DNA of 64,000 nt from Podarcis cretensis (Eukaryota): contig OX638159.1 of assembly GCA_951804945.1 (NCBI GenBank), forward strand, positions 24,428,001 to 24,492,000, written 5' to 3'. Positions 11,721-23,419 of the stretch are shown here, one piece after another. Each line of letters opens with the position of its first letter. The stretch's first letter is position 1. The position numbers and the translations under genes were made by a program. Below the pieces are notes generated by a model, which searched no databases, was not told the origin of the DNA, and saw nothing but the letters and a program-made list of their open reading frames with translations.

Positions 11721-12062
11721 TGCAGGAACCACCAGAAGGCCCTCGGCGCTGGACCTTAGTGTCCGGGTAGAACGATGGGGATGGAGACGCTCCTTCAGAT
11801 ATACTGGACTGAGGCCAGTATAGGTCCAGTATAGGCTTTAAAGCTCTGCACCAACACTTTGAATTGTGCTCGGAAACGTACTAGGAGCCAATGTAGGTCT
11901 TTCAAGACCGGTGTTATGTGGTCTCGGCAGCCGCTCCCAGTCACCAGTCTAGCTGCCGCATTCTGGATTAGTTGTAGTTTCCGGGTCACCTTCAAAGGTA
12001 GCCCCACCTAGATCGAGCGCATTGCAGTAGTCCAAGCGGGAGATAACCAGAGCATGCACCAC
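11721..12062 (-). mobile_element. L2 LINE ORF2 C-terminal fragment
   Basis: Minus-strand translation VVHALVISRLDYCNA / GLPLKVTRKLQLIQNAAARLVTG...HITPVLKDLHWL..RFRAQFKVL is the typical L2 C-terminus. Confidence 0.92.
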
Positions 12063-13375
12063 AAAATCATGCTAGCACAGCAAGAAAAGCCATCATTGAG
12101 GTAAACTGGCTAATCCACGGAGTACAGGGAAGCCTTACTTTCACTAGGGTTTGATGGGAAGAGAGAGCTGCTTCTTTCACCCTTCATGCCCAAAGCAATT
12201 GCCGCAGTGATTTTCCTTCTAGCCTACCTGAACTGCTTCTTTGCTTGGAAGCTTAAAGGCCAAACACTCCTGAAAGAAGTGAAGGGTTTCACTTCCCTCG
12301 TGTATTCCTCCTCTCCTGAGTTGTGCCTGTTACTAAATGCTTCAGTGAGAAGTTGCTGTTTGCAGCTCAGCAGAGAAACCATTAGCAATTTATAAACATA
12401 CCTTTCAGGACTCTTCTGACTTGGCAGTATAACGGCGTGTAATAAGCCTACATTAAAAATCATGTTGCTCCACACCCATTTCCCCTCTCAGGAACTGTCT
12501 GCGATAGGAAAAAGATCCAGAAACAAAATTATTTTCAGGCTTTAACGAGCGCATCCCGCAATAACAGCAGCAGTTGTGGCAACAGGAATGATGAACTTGG
12601 TGAAAATATCTGGAGTCTTGTAAACACTTCAGCCTTCTGGCAGTGCCCCTGTGGGGGCTATTTACAGCTGTGATGCAAGGCAGATCCTATCTAAATATGC
12701 ACATCTGGATAGGTTTCAATCACTCAGCTCCTCAGTTCACCAGTAATATTTTTGCTTTAGTCTTACCTTCCACATCAGCTTTAAATCTTCACAATTCTTC
12801 CAGCAGAATTGAAAACATGCAAAACTCCCTAGCCATGTCTAGTTCACAACATCTGGTTTTGGACCCCATAAGAAGCTCCCAGCCAGCCAGCCAGCCAGAC
12901 CACTGTTCCATCTAGCGTAGTATTGTCTACAGGAACCCAGCTCTTTGGCTGCTAAGTGGACAGGATGCATTTACACAGTTGAATGTATGGAAGCAACTTC
13001 ATGGGAAGGGTTTTTCTAGCTATCCCACCTGCTGCCTTTGGAGATGTCGTAAGACGTTGCTACAGGAGGGACACTGTGAGCAACGTAATGGGAGGGGTGT
13101 TTCTCAGACAAAAGTGGTACTGGGAAGGTTTCTTGTTGCTTTTGCTAATGACAGGAGGTGTGTTGTTGCTAATGCCTTGCTGGTTGAAATGTTGTTTTTT
13201 GTATATTGTTATATTTGCTATTGTGTGGATGTTTTATTATGCCTGACATGAGATATTTCTTGCTTTGATTTTGAGAGGCGTTGCTGTTCGCTTTCTTGTA
13301 ATCCACTTTTAGCACGATTGTGTGTGCAAACATGGCATATAAATAAAATAGTGAGATATAGCATCCTACTGTGTA

Positions 13376-13619
13376 CAGTGGTACCTCGGTTTAAGTACTT
13401 AATTTGTTCTGGAGGTCCGTTCTTAACCTGAAACTGTTCTTAACCTGAAGTTCTTAACTTTAGCTAATGGGGCCTCCCATTGCTGCCGTACCACTGGAGC
13501 ACGATTTCTGTTCTCATCCTGAAGCAAAGTTCTTAACCTGAGGTACTATTTCTGGGTTAGTGGAGTCTGTAACCTGAAGCGTATGTAACCTGAAGCATAT
13601 GTAACCCGAGGTACCACTG
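13376..13619. mobile_element. Tigger/pogo-like MITE, complete
   Basis: TIRs cagtggtacctcgg / ccgaggtaccactg flanked by TA; internal repeated 'taacctgaag' motifs. Confidence 0.9.
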
Positions 13620-13624
13620 TAGTT

Positions 13625-15330
13625 AAGGTTCCATGGATGGGTGAACTATTTCAGTGACTGGCATCATAAGGAAACAAGACTGAGATATATTGGGACTAAC
13701 TAGAAGTTATGTGGGTGAGCTGTGATTGGGAAATCTAATGTAATTTTCTTCTCAAAGCCGCTGCAGAGGGTTCTCAGTTTGGAGCCAGGCCAATACATAT
13801 GGTAGGCTCTAAGGTAGATCTCCATGTCCTCAAACTGCATGTTAAAAAAATTTGAAGGAACAATGATTTCTGGCTAAAAGGATTATATTGGAATGTTTCT
13901 ATGACACTTAGTTTGGTTGAAACCTTTCAGCTGGGAATGTTGATATTCCCGGAAATGAAATTGGAGCATGCCATTTGCTCCCATTGATGAACCAGCAACT
14001 GATCATTCTGAATGATTAGCCCAACAAAACCAAGTGTCGGGCAGCGTGTATAATGAATTAACTGAAAATTTTGAAAAGTAACCCAAAATTTACAAAGGCG
14101 TAAGCCAAAATCAATTTTATGTGTGGTGAGGAGGCAGAGCAGATGCGGAAGAATAAGGAAAGAGGAAGATCGGAAATGATCTTGGTATCCTCATTTGAAA
14201 GGCTCCAGGACTCGAGGAGAAACTCAGCAGTTCACATCACATAAGATACAGTCATAGTAGCAACAGTCACATCAGGTGTAGTCACAGTGGGTACTTGCTC
14301 CACTCTACAATCGCAGCAGGGATAATTGCATCAGGAATATAGTCACAGAGCTCACAAGTTGAGGAAACCACATCAACACCTTGGAGAGCTCCTGGTGAGT
14401 CTAGTCATCCTCCTTCCATTTGACAACTGGAGGAGAAGTTGCCACAGCAAGGCATTGGAGCTGTATGCCCTATATCAATATAGATAACTCTATAGGATGC
14501 TACTAGAAAGTATGGACTATCTTTGCCATACAAAAACTTATAGGTCAGATCTTCTTAAGAGCCCAGGAAAGATATGGATGGTTTTATGATGTGGTTGTCA
14601 TTTATACAATATGCCAGGCATTGCCAAGCTGATGCCACCCAGATGGTACCTCGGGTTAAGTACTTAATTCATTCCAGAGGTCCGTTCTTAACCTGAAACT
14701 GTTCTTAACCTGAAGCACCACTTTAGCTAATGGGGCCTCCTGCTGCTGCTGCGCCGCTGGAGCACGATTTCTGTTCTCATCCTGAAGCAAAGTTCTTAAC
14801 CTGAGGTACTATTTCTGGGTTAGCGGAGTCTGTAACCTGAAGCGTATGTAACTCGAGTTACCACTGTAATGCTACATGAGACCCATGGAGTTGTAATCCA
14901 AAGTGTATGGAATGCATCAGATTGGCAAAAGTTCCAGTGTGCAGAAAGTTCAGTCCAAATAAACTGACCTCTAAAAGAGTGAAAGTGTAAAGAGAATCAG
15001 AAATGAATTTCTTTACCCCCAAGCAATCATTGGTGGAGAGGGTGAAGCAGTTTATGGAGTGCAAATTCAGGATCTGGTTGGGGCAAAGGAGATCTACCTC
15101 CTGGGAGCAATTCTAGAAGAAGTAAACATCAAAATGAGTGACTTAACAAGGCACTGCAACCTCACTTGCTGGCAAATTGGATCATCTTACCTCACATATA
15201 AATATTCCGAAAGAGTGATCTGATTTTGTAACTTGCAGCTATTAAAACAGCATGGATTTAACACCATGTGGGAAGAAGGTTAAGCAAACATCTTAGCTGT
15301 AAAAGCCACTAATGAGATATCATAAAATAG
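13625..15330 (+). mobile_element. Highly degraded tyrosine-recombinase retrotransposon relic (Ngaro/DIRS-like)
   Basis: Frameshifted peptide relics GSKVDLHVLKLHVKKI* (13805-13855), EKLPQ/ALELY/DATRKYG (~14433-14516) and KFRIWLGQRR (~15063-15092) lie in the order expected for Ngaro ORF1 and the RT N-terminus. Confidence 0.4.
14641..14866. mobile_element. Tigger/pogo-like MITE
   Basis: Near-identical to 13376-13619; ends 'cgagttaccactg|ta'. Confidence 0.88.
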
Positions 15331-16704
15331 TAAATCTGAGTGTGGAAATGCTTGAAAATCAATCAGACTTTATGGTATTCATACCCTAAGGAAAGTTGTG
15401 AATTGGTAGGGTGGGCTGGGGAAACAGTAAAAGCCAATAGCACATTATGGGGCTAAATATCCACTAGAATCCCAATGTTGATGATTGAGAGGGGTATGTG
15501 AGTTCTGGATAATGTTGGTGGATCCCTTCCAGGCCTGCGTTTCTATATGATGTTTATCTGTGTATCTGTATCCATGAATCTAATAGAAGAACCTGCTGAA
15601 CCAGTCACACCAGTCTCTTTATAAGATAATGACTTTAGCTGGTCAATTAACTATCTTCATCAACATCTTAAAAAGTGACCTATGTTGTCATGGTGACACT
15701 AATTGATGCTGCTCTCCAGGAAGGAGGGGGCAGGACTTTTCCCACCTTACCTGGCTTGGAGCCACCTCATCCTAGGATAGTGTCTAACAGCGTATTACAA
15801 CAGCTACTACATTATTGCTATCCAGAGGGCAAAAAAAGGACAACAATAAAACAGAATATTTGTGGCATAAAAGGTATGGGATTTCCTAGGAAGTTATAAG
15901 ATATGCACTGCAGTGAAGCACTGCAACCACAATCCCAAAAATTTTGCAGGCACAAGCAGTATTGAAAATGGGATTGTGTGTGACTGCCCCAATAACATCA
16001 TGAGGACAAATCATAATGAATACAATAAATAAAAATGATATCTGGAGATGCCCTTAAGACAGATGATGAGTAATACCTGTTCAACTTTAAACCACATGTT
16101 GTTGTTGTTTACTTTGCCTCTTGGTGACAAACAGTTAAATGTTTGAATTTATTCTGAAGCCTATCAATGTTTTTGATATTACAGGCTTATTCTCGAGCAA
16201 CCGTTTTCCATTGTGCATGAGTTCTGATCTACTGTTATCCTGAAAATCAGAAATCTCATGCTGAGATCTCACAGTGGCATGAAAAAATACCAAGCCATGT
16301 CTGCTGCTTTCTTACATGCTCCCTTTGTCAGTAGCTCTGCTGGATCATTCAATTTCACTCACCTCTTAAGAGACTATTGTATTCCTCCCCTACTCACTAT
16401 ATCTTTATACAAGGGGAAGCATCTTGCGGTCCTGACAATAAGTCATTGATGGCAGGCCTGTTGTGACATATTTTTCTGACATCCTTTTGGAATCTAGCCA
16501 CTATCTGCTCACACTCAAAGTATCTATATCCCGGGAAATATATGCAGCTCCCCCCTTCAAATATATATTGGCACAATAGCTACAATTAATTCGCAAAGCT
16601 GCATCTCTTAACACACAAGGTAAGAAACAACAATTTCATTATTACCATTCTTTAGAGACAACTGGGCATTATTGAGACTCATTAAAACCTAAAACATACT
16701 GAAA

Positions 16705-16775
16705 CAACTTAATCTGGGAATAAGCCCCATTGAACTGAATGGGGACTACTTCTGAGTAGACATGTATTAGAATAA
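16705..16775. repeat. Short palindromic squamate repeat (MITE-like)
   Basis: 'taagccccattgaactgaatggggactacttctgagtagacatg'. Related copies near 17175-17260, 36865-36946, 42915-42998 and 44748-44808. Confidence 0.65.
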
Positions 16776-17564
16776 ACCAAAGCTAACAGTAAAACTTACA
16801 ATCTTAATTGCTAGCACAATGAAAACACTACTCCCCTTGCCAATAATTTTCATATCATTGACATTTCTTAGAAGTTTTCCTATGTGGTAAGATCAGAGAT
16901 ATATCACAGGTTCATCAGAGTCAGAGCTTTTTAACACAGGACATGATAGGTGTTACAGTCAGGATCACTTTGGGAAGAAATATCTACTAGATAAGGTGGT
17001 TAAAAGCAGAGCTGCACTGGGTTTTGGTGAAGGTCATTTTTCACAACAGAAAGTGCCATTTCAAGGGAGACAATGCTTTCCTTTAACCTCTATTGCTTGG
17101 TCCTGATTCTGGGCAGCTCAGATCCTGAGCCGAACTCTCTAGGGCACTCATAAAAATAGCAAAAGGCCCCATTAGCTTGCAGTCCTACACCCACTTACTT
17201 AGAAGTAAGTCTCATTGAACTTGAGGACTTGCTTCTGATAGACATTGGATAGAACTGCATTGTTATTTTCCGTAGAGTCTTCAAATTCTCACTGTTTCAC
17301 TCTGTGATTGCTGAATGCATTCCTTGCTAAGGGGACAGGATCATTAAGTGTGCTTCAGTAATAAGCAAGGCTGCAGCAGCATTAAGCTTGAGCCTCTGAA
17401 ATGAGTGGAGTGCACATCATGGATTTTTTTAAAGGAATCTGAAGAAGGGTTCTTGTGTGCAGCTTTGTGACTGCGTTATGTTCTTCAGCAGTAATCAGTG
17501 CTAGGTATCGACTGAATGTCTTGAGTACAACTGCAGATTAACAACTGGACATATGTGATATGGC

Positions 17565-17695
17565 ATAAGAACATAAGAGCCTACTAAGTCAGGCTAAAAG
17601 CCTATCTTGTCTAGCATCCTGTTTTCACAGTGGCCAATCTGATGCCTATGAGAAACCCACAAGCAGAATCTGAGTCCAACAGCATTTTCCCTACT
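17565..17695 (-). mobile_element. Old CR1 3' fragment
   Basis: 'cataagaacataagagcc...tcaggctaaaagcctatcttgtctagcatcctgttttcacagtggcc' is the reverse complement of a CR1 tail. Confidence 0.7.
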
Positions 17696-17700
17696 TCCCT

Positions 17701-18020
17701 AATTTTTATTATTTATATGCAGCCCATCTGACTGGGTTGCCCAAGCCACTCTGGATGGCTCCCAACAAAATATTAAAAACACAGTAAAACATCAACCTTT
17801 AAAAACTTCCTTGGACAAGGTTGCCTTCAGATGTCTTCTAAAAGTAAAATAGTTGTTTATCTGTTTGATATCTGATGGGAGGGCATTCCACAGGGAAGGC
17901 GCCACTACTGAGAAGGTCCTCTGCCTGGTTCCCTGTAGCTTCACATCTACCTTGTAGTGAGGGAACCGCCAGAAGGCCCTCGGAGATGGACTTCAGTGTC
18001 CAGCCTGTATGATGGATACC
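17701..18020 (-). mobile_element. L2 LINE 3' end
   Basis: Shares 'gcccatctgactgggttgcccaagccactctgg...gccttcagatgtcttctaaaagt...gagaaggtcctctgcctggttccc' with other L2 tails in the window. Confidence 0.85.
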
Positions 18021-19646
18021 AGGAACGGGTATTCAGAGGCCTACTGCTTCCCACAATACAGGTAGAAGATAGCCAGAGAAGGTCTCTGCATGGGGTTTTC
18101 TTCTGTCTCGAATTCCTCAGTAATTTGTCTGGCATTGGGTTCTATACACAGTTCTTGACTAGATAGGGATGCCTTTTGCTGATTTGCCTCATGCAGTAAA
18201 TGCATTGAGCAGGTCCTGAGGGCCACACACTTTTGGTACCCAGAGCTGCTGGCATGGAAACTCCCCCATCTGTGATACCAGGTGGTCAGAAAACAGACAA
18301 GCTAGATTAACAGAGAAGCAAATTGTGAGGCATTTTCTACATTTATCTCATCTACTAGTAGTTCATGAAACAACTGTTAGTAGATCATTGCACTTGGCTT
18401 GAGGGGAAGAGTCAAGATTTCTAGGCCTTACAGAGCAGGCATAATTCAGAGTAATCTATACATTTCTATACTGAATTTCCATTTTTATAAAATAGATCTA
18501 AATATATGAGCTCACCATTGGACGTAGGTTATTAATACATGCAAAGTATCTTGAGATACTCACATGGAAGGTGCGATATAAGTGTAAATTAGTACCCTAT
18601 GTGTGAAAATTTAAGAAGACAACCAACAGTACTCATAATTATGCATTCACCAAATGGAAGCAGACCTTTTTGTGCTGGAACTCGGTTAAATCCCCTTGCT
18701 GCTATGTTTTCTAATAATAGTCCCATATCACTCAGCGGGGGGATATCAAATGGTGTAACAATGAACTGAGAAGCTTTCCAATAAAGCAAATATTTATATG
18801 GAGGGAAAGTGCTTCTTTTTGTTAATATGAAAAAGTATCCCCCAGTGTTTCACAATTCTCTGCTGAGTGAACTTCTCTTTCTGTCAGAAGTATTCGCATT
18901 TTTAAGTGCTTTACTGAATTGCAAGTTTCTTGTTCATTTATTAGTCCTTGACAAAGCATCAGGCGATTTGGAGTTTTATTTGGAAAGGAACTGTGGGGAG
19001 GGGAAGATTAAATGGAAGGCTGGCTGTATTTTGCTTCACCAGCCTAGGAAGGTTTTATGCCTTTCTTGATTTTGGTGGTGGTGAGATTAGTGCATTCCAC
19101 TGTCCGGGCATCAGATGTAGAGCTAATGAAAATAAAGGTCATTGAATTTGACTTCATTTCTCTCTCACTTAAATAGCTGGCCTGTATGTTTTCTGCTTTT
19201 CGCTGCAATCCCCTCTTACTTGTCTCTTCTGTATCTAATGTAATCAGCTTTGATTTGTTTCGGTTATCAACCCTGGTGTGGCTTCCTCAGACAACATTTT
19301 CTGCTTTAGACTCCATTCTATCACCGCATGTGCATTATGGGGTGGTGGATAGGTTATAAAGCACATATTTTGTTATCTGTGAACACATGATTGATTTCTT
19401 TTTGGGGGCTTTCCAGGTTTTCCAGTGTTTCCTTGGTTCTGAATCGATCATCTGTGATCTCTTGGCATAACTGCTGGGTCCTAGTGCATGATTTCTGATA
19501 TGCGGTCCCTGATTCTACTGTAACAGCTGCCTATATCTCAGCCCTAACAACTGTAAATTGAAACTTTGTGCCAAACCTTCGCCACACCTTCCTTACAACT
19601 TTTCTGGGCTACGAGAAGCCTACTAAAATGCTAAGAAACCAAGCTT

Positions 19647-19982
19647 GTTGTTGTTGTTTAGTCATTTAGTCATGTCCGACTCTTTGTGACCCCATGGACC
19701 AGAGCACGCCAGGCACTTCTGTCTTCCACTGTCTCCCGCAGTTTGGTCAGACTCATGTTTGTAGCTTCGAGAACACTGTCCAACCATCTCGTCCTCTGTC
19801 GTCCCCTTCTCCTTGTGCCCTCCATCTTTCCCAACATCAGGGTCTTTTCCAGGGAGTCTTCTCTTCTCATGAGGTGGGCAAAGTATTGGAGCCTCAGCTT
19901 CACGATCTGTCCTTCCAGTGAGCACTCAGGGCTGATTTCCTTAAGAATGGAGAGGTTTGATCTTCTTGCAGTCCATGGGACT
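19647..19982 (-). mobile_element. BovB/RTE LINE 3' fragment
   Basis: Minus ORF KLRLQYFAHLMRREDSLEKTLMLGKMEGTRRRGRQRTRWLD; (CAA)n tail; TSD aaaccaagctt at 19636-19646 and 20009-20019. Confidence 0.95.
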
Positions 19983-20254
19983 TACCAAGCTTGCAGTCTA
20001 TGGGACTTAAACCAAGCTTATTATCTGCCAATTGTCACTTTGGTATTATACTGTGGTGTCACATAATAGCACATAGATCTAGCCTACATTTCTAAGAAGA
20101 AAATGTTTCCTACAACATAATATATTGCAATATTAATGGAAACGAAACTCAGCTCAGTTAACTGATGCCCAATGAAATAAACCCCTAGGCTGATCAAAAT
20201 GGATCGCTCACTTATTATGCTCAATCTAATGTTGTTGTTGTTTTTCAGACACCA

Positions 20255-20392
20255 GTTCCCCACCATACCTTTAAAGCACATGGCTTTCTGCAAAATATTC
20301 TGGGGACTGTAGTTTGCAAACCCTCCCCCTGCCAGGTCTGCAATTCCCAGAATTCTTTGGGGAAAGCCATCTGCTTTAAATGTATGGTGTTG
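20255..20392. repeat. Palindromic MITE (PIF/Harbinger-like)
   Basis: Arms 'caccatacctttaaagcacatggcttt' / 'aaagccatctgctttaaatgtatggtg'. Confidence 0.65.
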
Positions 20393-20604
20393 CTATGACC
20401 AGAATGAAGAGGAAGGCCTCTCACATCTAGGGTCTTACATTTGACTTTATGGCTAGCTGGAGGCAGACGTCTGTACTGAAAAATATGTAATTCTTCATGG
20501 TTTGGTTTACAGAAAGGCCCCATAGGAATGATACAGATTTTGCGATAGTTGAAACTGCTACGCAGAGGATTCTGTGGCATATTCTGCACAGGTTCACATG
20601 AGAT

Positions 20605-20696
20605 CATAGCTGTCAACTTTCCCCTTTTCTTGCAAGGAATCCTATTTGGAATAAGGGAATTTCCCTTAAAAGGGGGGGGGGGAGTTGACAGCTATG
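20605..20696. mobile_element. 92-bp hAT MITE
   Basis: Perfect 14-bp TIRs catagctgtcaact / agttgacagctatg; 8-bp TSD catgagat / catgaaat. Confidence 0.88.
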
Positions 20697-20912
20697 CATG
20701 AAATCCTGGCAGACCTGTGAAGTCTCACTGTCGCCCTGCATGAACCAAGAAAGTGCTCCAGAAAACGTTAAATACATCCCTTTGGCCACACATTGCAGGA
20801 GAATGTCAGCAGAGGTGAATGCAAACCATCTTACAGATATGTTTGTTTGCCATTTCTTGATCTTCTCAATGAGAAACCTTGGTTATATTGCTTGGAGGGG
20901 GGAGAGCTGATG

Positions 20913-21076
20913 TAGGGTTGCCATATTTCAAAAAGTAAAAACCAGGACACCCCGAAAGTTTTTGAGCCCCCCCAAAATGCAATTTTTCGATTGACTTGCC
21001 ACCTTTCGGAAATTCCCCCGGGACATCAATTCCTCCTTTGAAATCCCAGGAAAATCTGGATATATGGTAGCCCTTA
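20913..21076. mobile_element. hAT MITE (TAGGGTTGCCA family)
   Basis: TIRs tagggttgccatat / atatggtagccctta; TSD agctgatg / agctgata; same family as 40335-40533. Confidence 0.85.
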
Positions 21077-21919
21077 AGCTGATATAAAACATGAAAAATA
21101 AACTCTGATATAGTTGTAATTGGAATTTACCTACAGATAGTCCATAAATCAAATTCTCTACTAGGGAACGCTGCTCATTCAGTATTTTTCTGCGGAGAAT
21201 GCAAGCCGGTTACCACTACCTAACATTCATTTCTGTTGACTGGCAGCATACTCTGTGGAATCTCCCCGCTCTTCCAGCCCTTAATCTATCTGTTTAAATC
21301 TCCAAACAAATGGGTTGGGATTTTTGTTTTTTGTCTTTTTGAGAATAAAATCCCCAGATAACACGGACTAACAAATCTTAGTAACTACTATTCTGAGCTT
21401 GATTTAAGTTAGGGACTTAGACACAAAGAAACCCCTTAATTACCAATTCTCAGTCCTCCCAACATACAAAAACTTGTTTTACTTTCATGCACATTTCAAT
21501 GCCTATTATCTTTCCTTGAAAGTAGATGTGACAGTTGCGTCTGAATTGTTTAATGGCATTGCAAAAGGGAGGTAGGGGGGAGGCACACGCCATTTGGGGA
21601 TAAATTAGCAGAAAAATTGCATCGATGTAATGGGGAGTAAATAATGCCACCATTCCACGCAACGCTGTTTAGGTCTCTGTTGGACCATCATGTTCAGTTC
21701 GGTTGACACAAATTAAGAAGCCTTGGAGAGGATTCGGGGGAAATGATGAAGCACTTAGAATGCGAGGTACAGTAGAAGAGAACTGGGAAAGTTTTATTAT
21801 AGAGGAGAAAAGTTAATGGAAATGTTATTTCTGTGCTCCTAGAACCCCTCAGCATCCACATGGTCTAGTGTTAAGCCTGTCAATCTGTACCTGAGCCTTC
21901 TATATCAAGACATAACATG

Positions 21920-22102
21920 AACAACAACTACCAGACTTTTAGAAGACATCTGAAGGCAGCCCTCTTTAGGGAAGCTTTTAATGTTTGATGTATTACAGTA
22001 TTTTGATATTTTTTGGGAAGCCGCCCAGAGCGGCTGGGGAAGCCCAGCCAGATGGGTGGGGTATAAATAATAAAATTTTATTTTATTTTTATTTATTTAT
22101 TT
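21920..22102 (+). mobile_element. L2 LINE 3' end
   Basis: 'ttttagaagacatctgaaggcagccct...gccgcccagagcggctgggg...ggtataaataataaa' followed by a (TTTA)n tail. Confidence 0.85.
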
Positions 22103-22544
22103 TGAAGGGTGTTAGACCCCAGCCTTTGAAAGCATTCCAATTTACAAGATTAAAACAGATCAGATACGTCAAAACAAAATACTCTATATTAGAAAGAATA
22201 AAATAACTAGGAGCAACATAAAACAAAAAACCTAGTCAAGTTAAAGCAGATGAGATAGAATGAAAAGGTAGGTGCCAGGAAAGCTATTGTGGTGAGCGCA
22301 TCCTACAATTGGGATGTAACCGCTGAGAAGGCTGTGGCTGTGGCAGCCAACCTGCTGTACTTTGGGTTCACTTGGAGAACCCAGAAATGGAAGACGCCCA
22401 CCATGTTTATCCTGAAAACCACCCTTATCACAATAATCCAGTGATTGGCTATATGCCCTTTGCTCAGGTGTGTGAACCAGCTGCTGACTGACGCTTTTGC
22501 ACTTGCTTTACGCTTTTGTAACAGCTATTGGATGCCTGTCGACT

Positions 22545-23031
22545 CAGTGGCGTAGTGTGAGGAAGGGGCACAAGGGCAGTTGCCCCAGGTGCAAAATTGT
22601 TAAGGGAGCAAAATTTCAACACATGGTGCTGCCTCATTACAGCTGCGCGCTTCCGTTGTTGAGCTCCGTTGAAACTGCTTCTCTATCAGTGGCGTAGCGT
22701 GGGTTGTCAGCAAGGCAAGTAATTTGCGCCCCCTAACCCGTGGATTTTAGTAGGAGCAGAGAGCTGCGAGTGCGAGCAGCCCCCCCAGATGTTGCGCCCG
22801 GTACAGCCGCCCCCCCTGCACCCCCACGCTACGCCACTGTTCTCTATGCAATCCAGGAAGTTACCTCTTCAGACAACGGAACAGCTCTTCTTTTCTTATC
22901 ACTGTGGCTGCGATCTCCTGGGTGGCATGGACACCATTAGGCAGTTGAATGCGCATGTATACTCTGTTTCCTTTCCTCTCTCCCACCCCTCTGCACAGCT
23001 CCGGGCACTGGCAATCCATGGTATGCCACTG
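22545..23031. mobile_element. Older hAT MITE (CAGTGGCGTA TIRs) hosting a nested copy
   Basis: Ends cagtggcgtagtg / gtatgccactg; degenerate TSD tgtcgact / tgtccaca. Confidence 0.65.
22687..22839. mobile_element. Young hAT MITE (CAGTGGCGTA TIRs)
   Basis: Perfect 17-bp TIRs cagtggcgtagcgtggg / cccacgctacgccactg; perfect 8-bp TSD ttctctat. Confidence 0.92.
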
Positions 23032-23366
23032 TGTCCACATTTTCTTTGCTTTAATGACCTAGTTCACACATATTAAAGTATAGTTAAAATAACCAATGGT
23101 TTAACATGAACAAGCAGAGTGTAGGTATGTAATGCAAAAAATACAATAAAACAAAAACATGGCTGCCACCGGGAAACAAGCTGTGGATTGGCTTGTTGTG
23201 TTGTCCAATATCAGGTTGATGGTTTGGTTCCCCAAACAAGCCAAGAATAAACCTTGACTTTTGCTAAAGTTGACGTCTGGACAAAACTTCAGCTCCCTCA
23301 GGAGCGACGGCATTTTCACCTTAGTACCTCACAGGGATGGGGCCGATGCAGATCGTTCCTCCCTCT

Positions 23367-23419
23367 GCTTTTCAACATCGCAATGTATTGGCTGATGGTA
23401 CATTGCGATGTTGAAAAGC
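23367..23419. repeat. Perfect 21-bp inverted repeat (hairpin) with an 11-nt loop
   Basis: gcttttcaacatcgcaatgta (23367-23387) / tacattgcgatgttgaaaagc (23399-23419). Confidence 0.9.

Noticed and set aside
13376-13619. CRISPR-like array from repeated 'taacctga' motifs
   Set aside because: Short, irregularly spaced subterminal repeats inside a TA-flanked MITE in eukaryotic DNA.
13625-15120. Endogenous hepadnavirus (GLE, LYQ, PxKxW and SWEQ resemble avian HBV core/polymerase words)
   Set aside because: The matches are 3-4 residues with inconsistent spacing and frames; Ngaro/DIRS motifs explain the same segments better.
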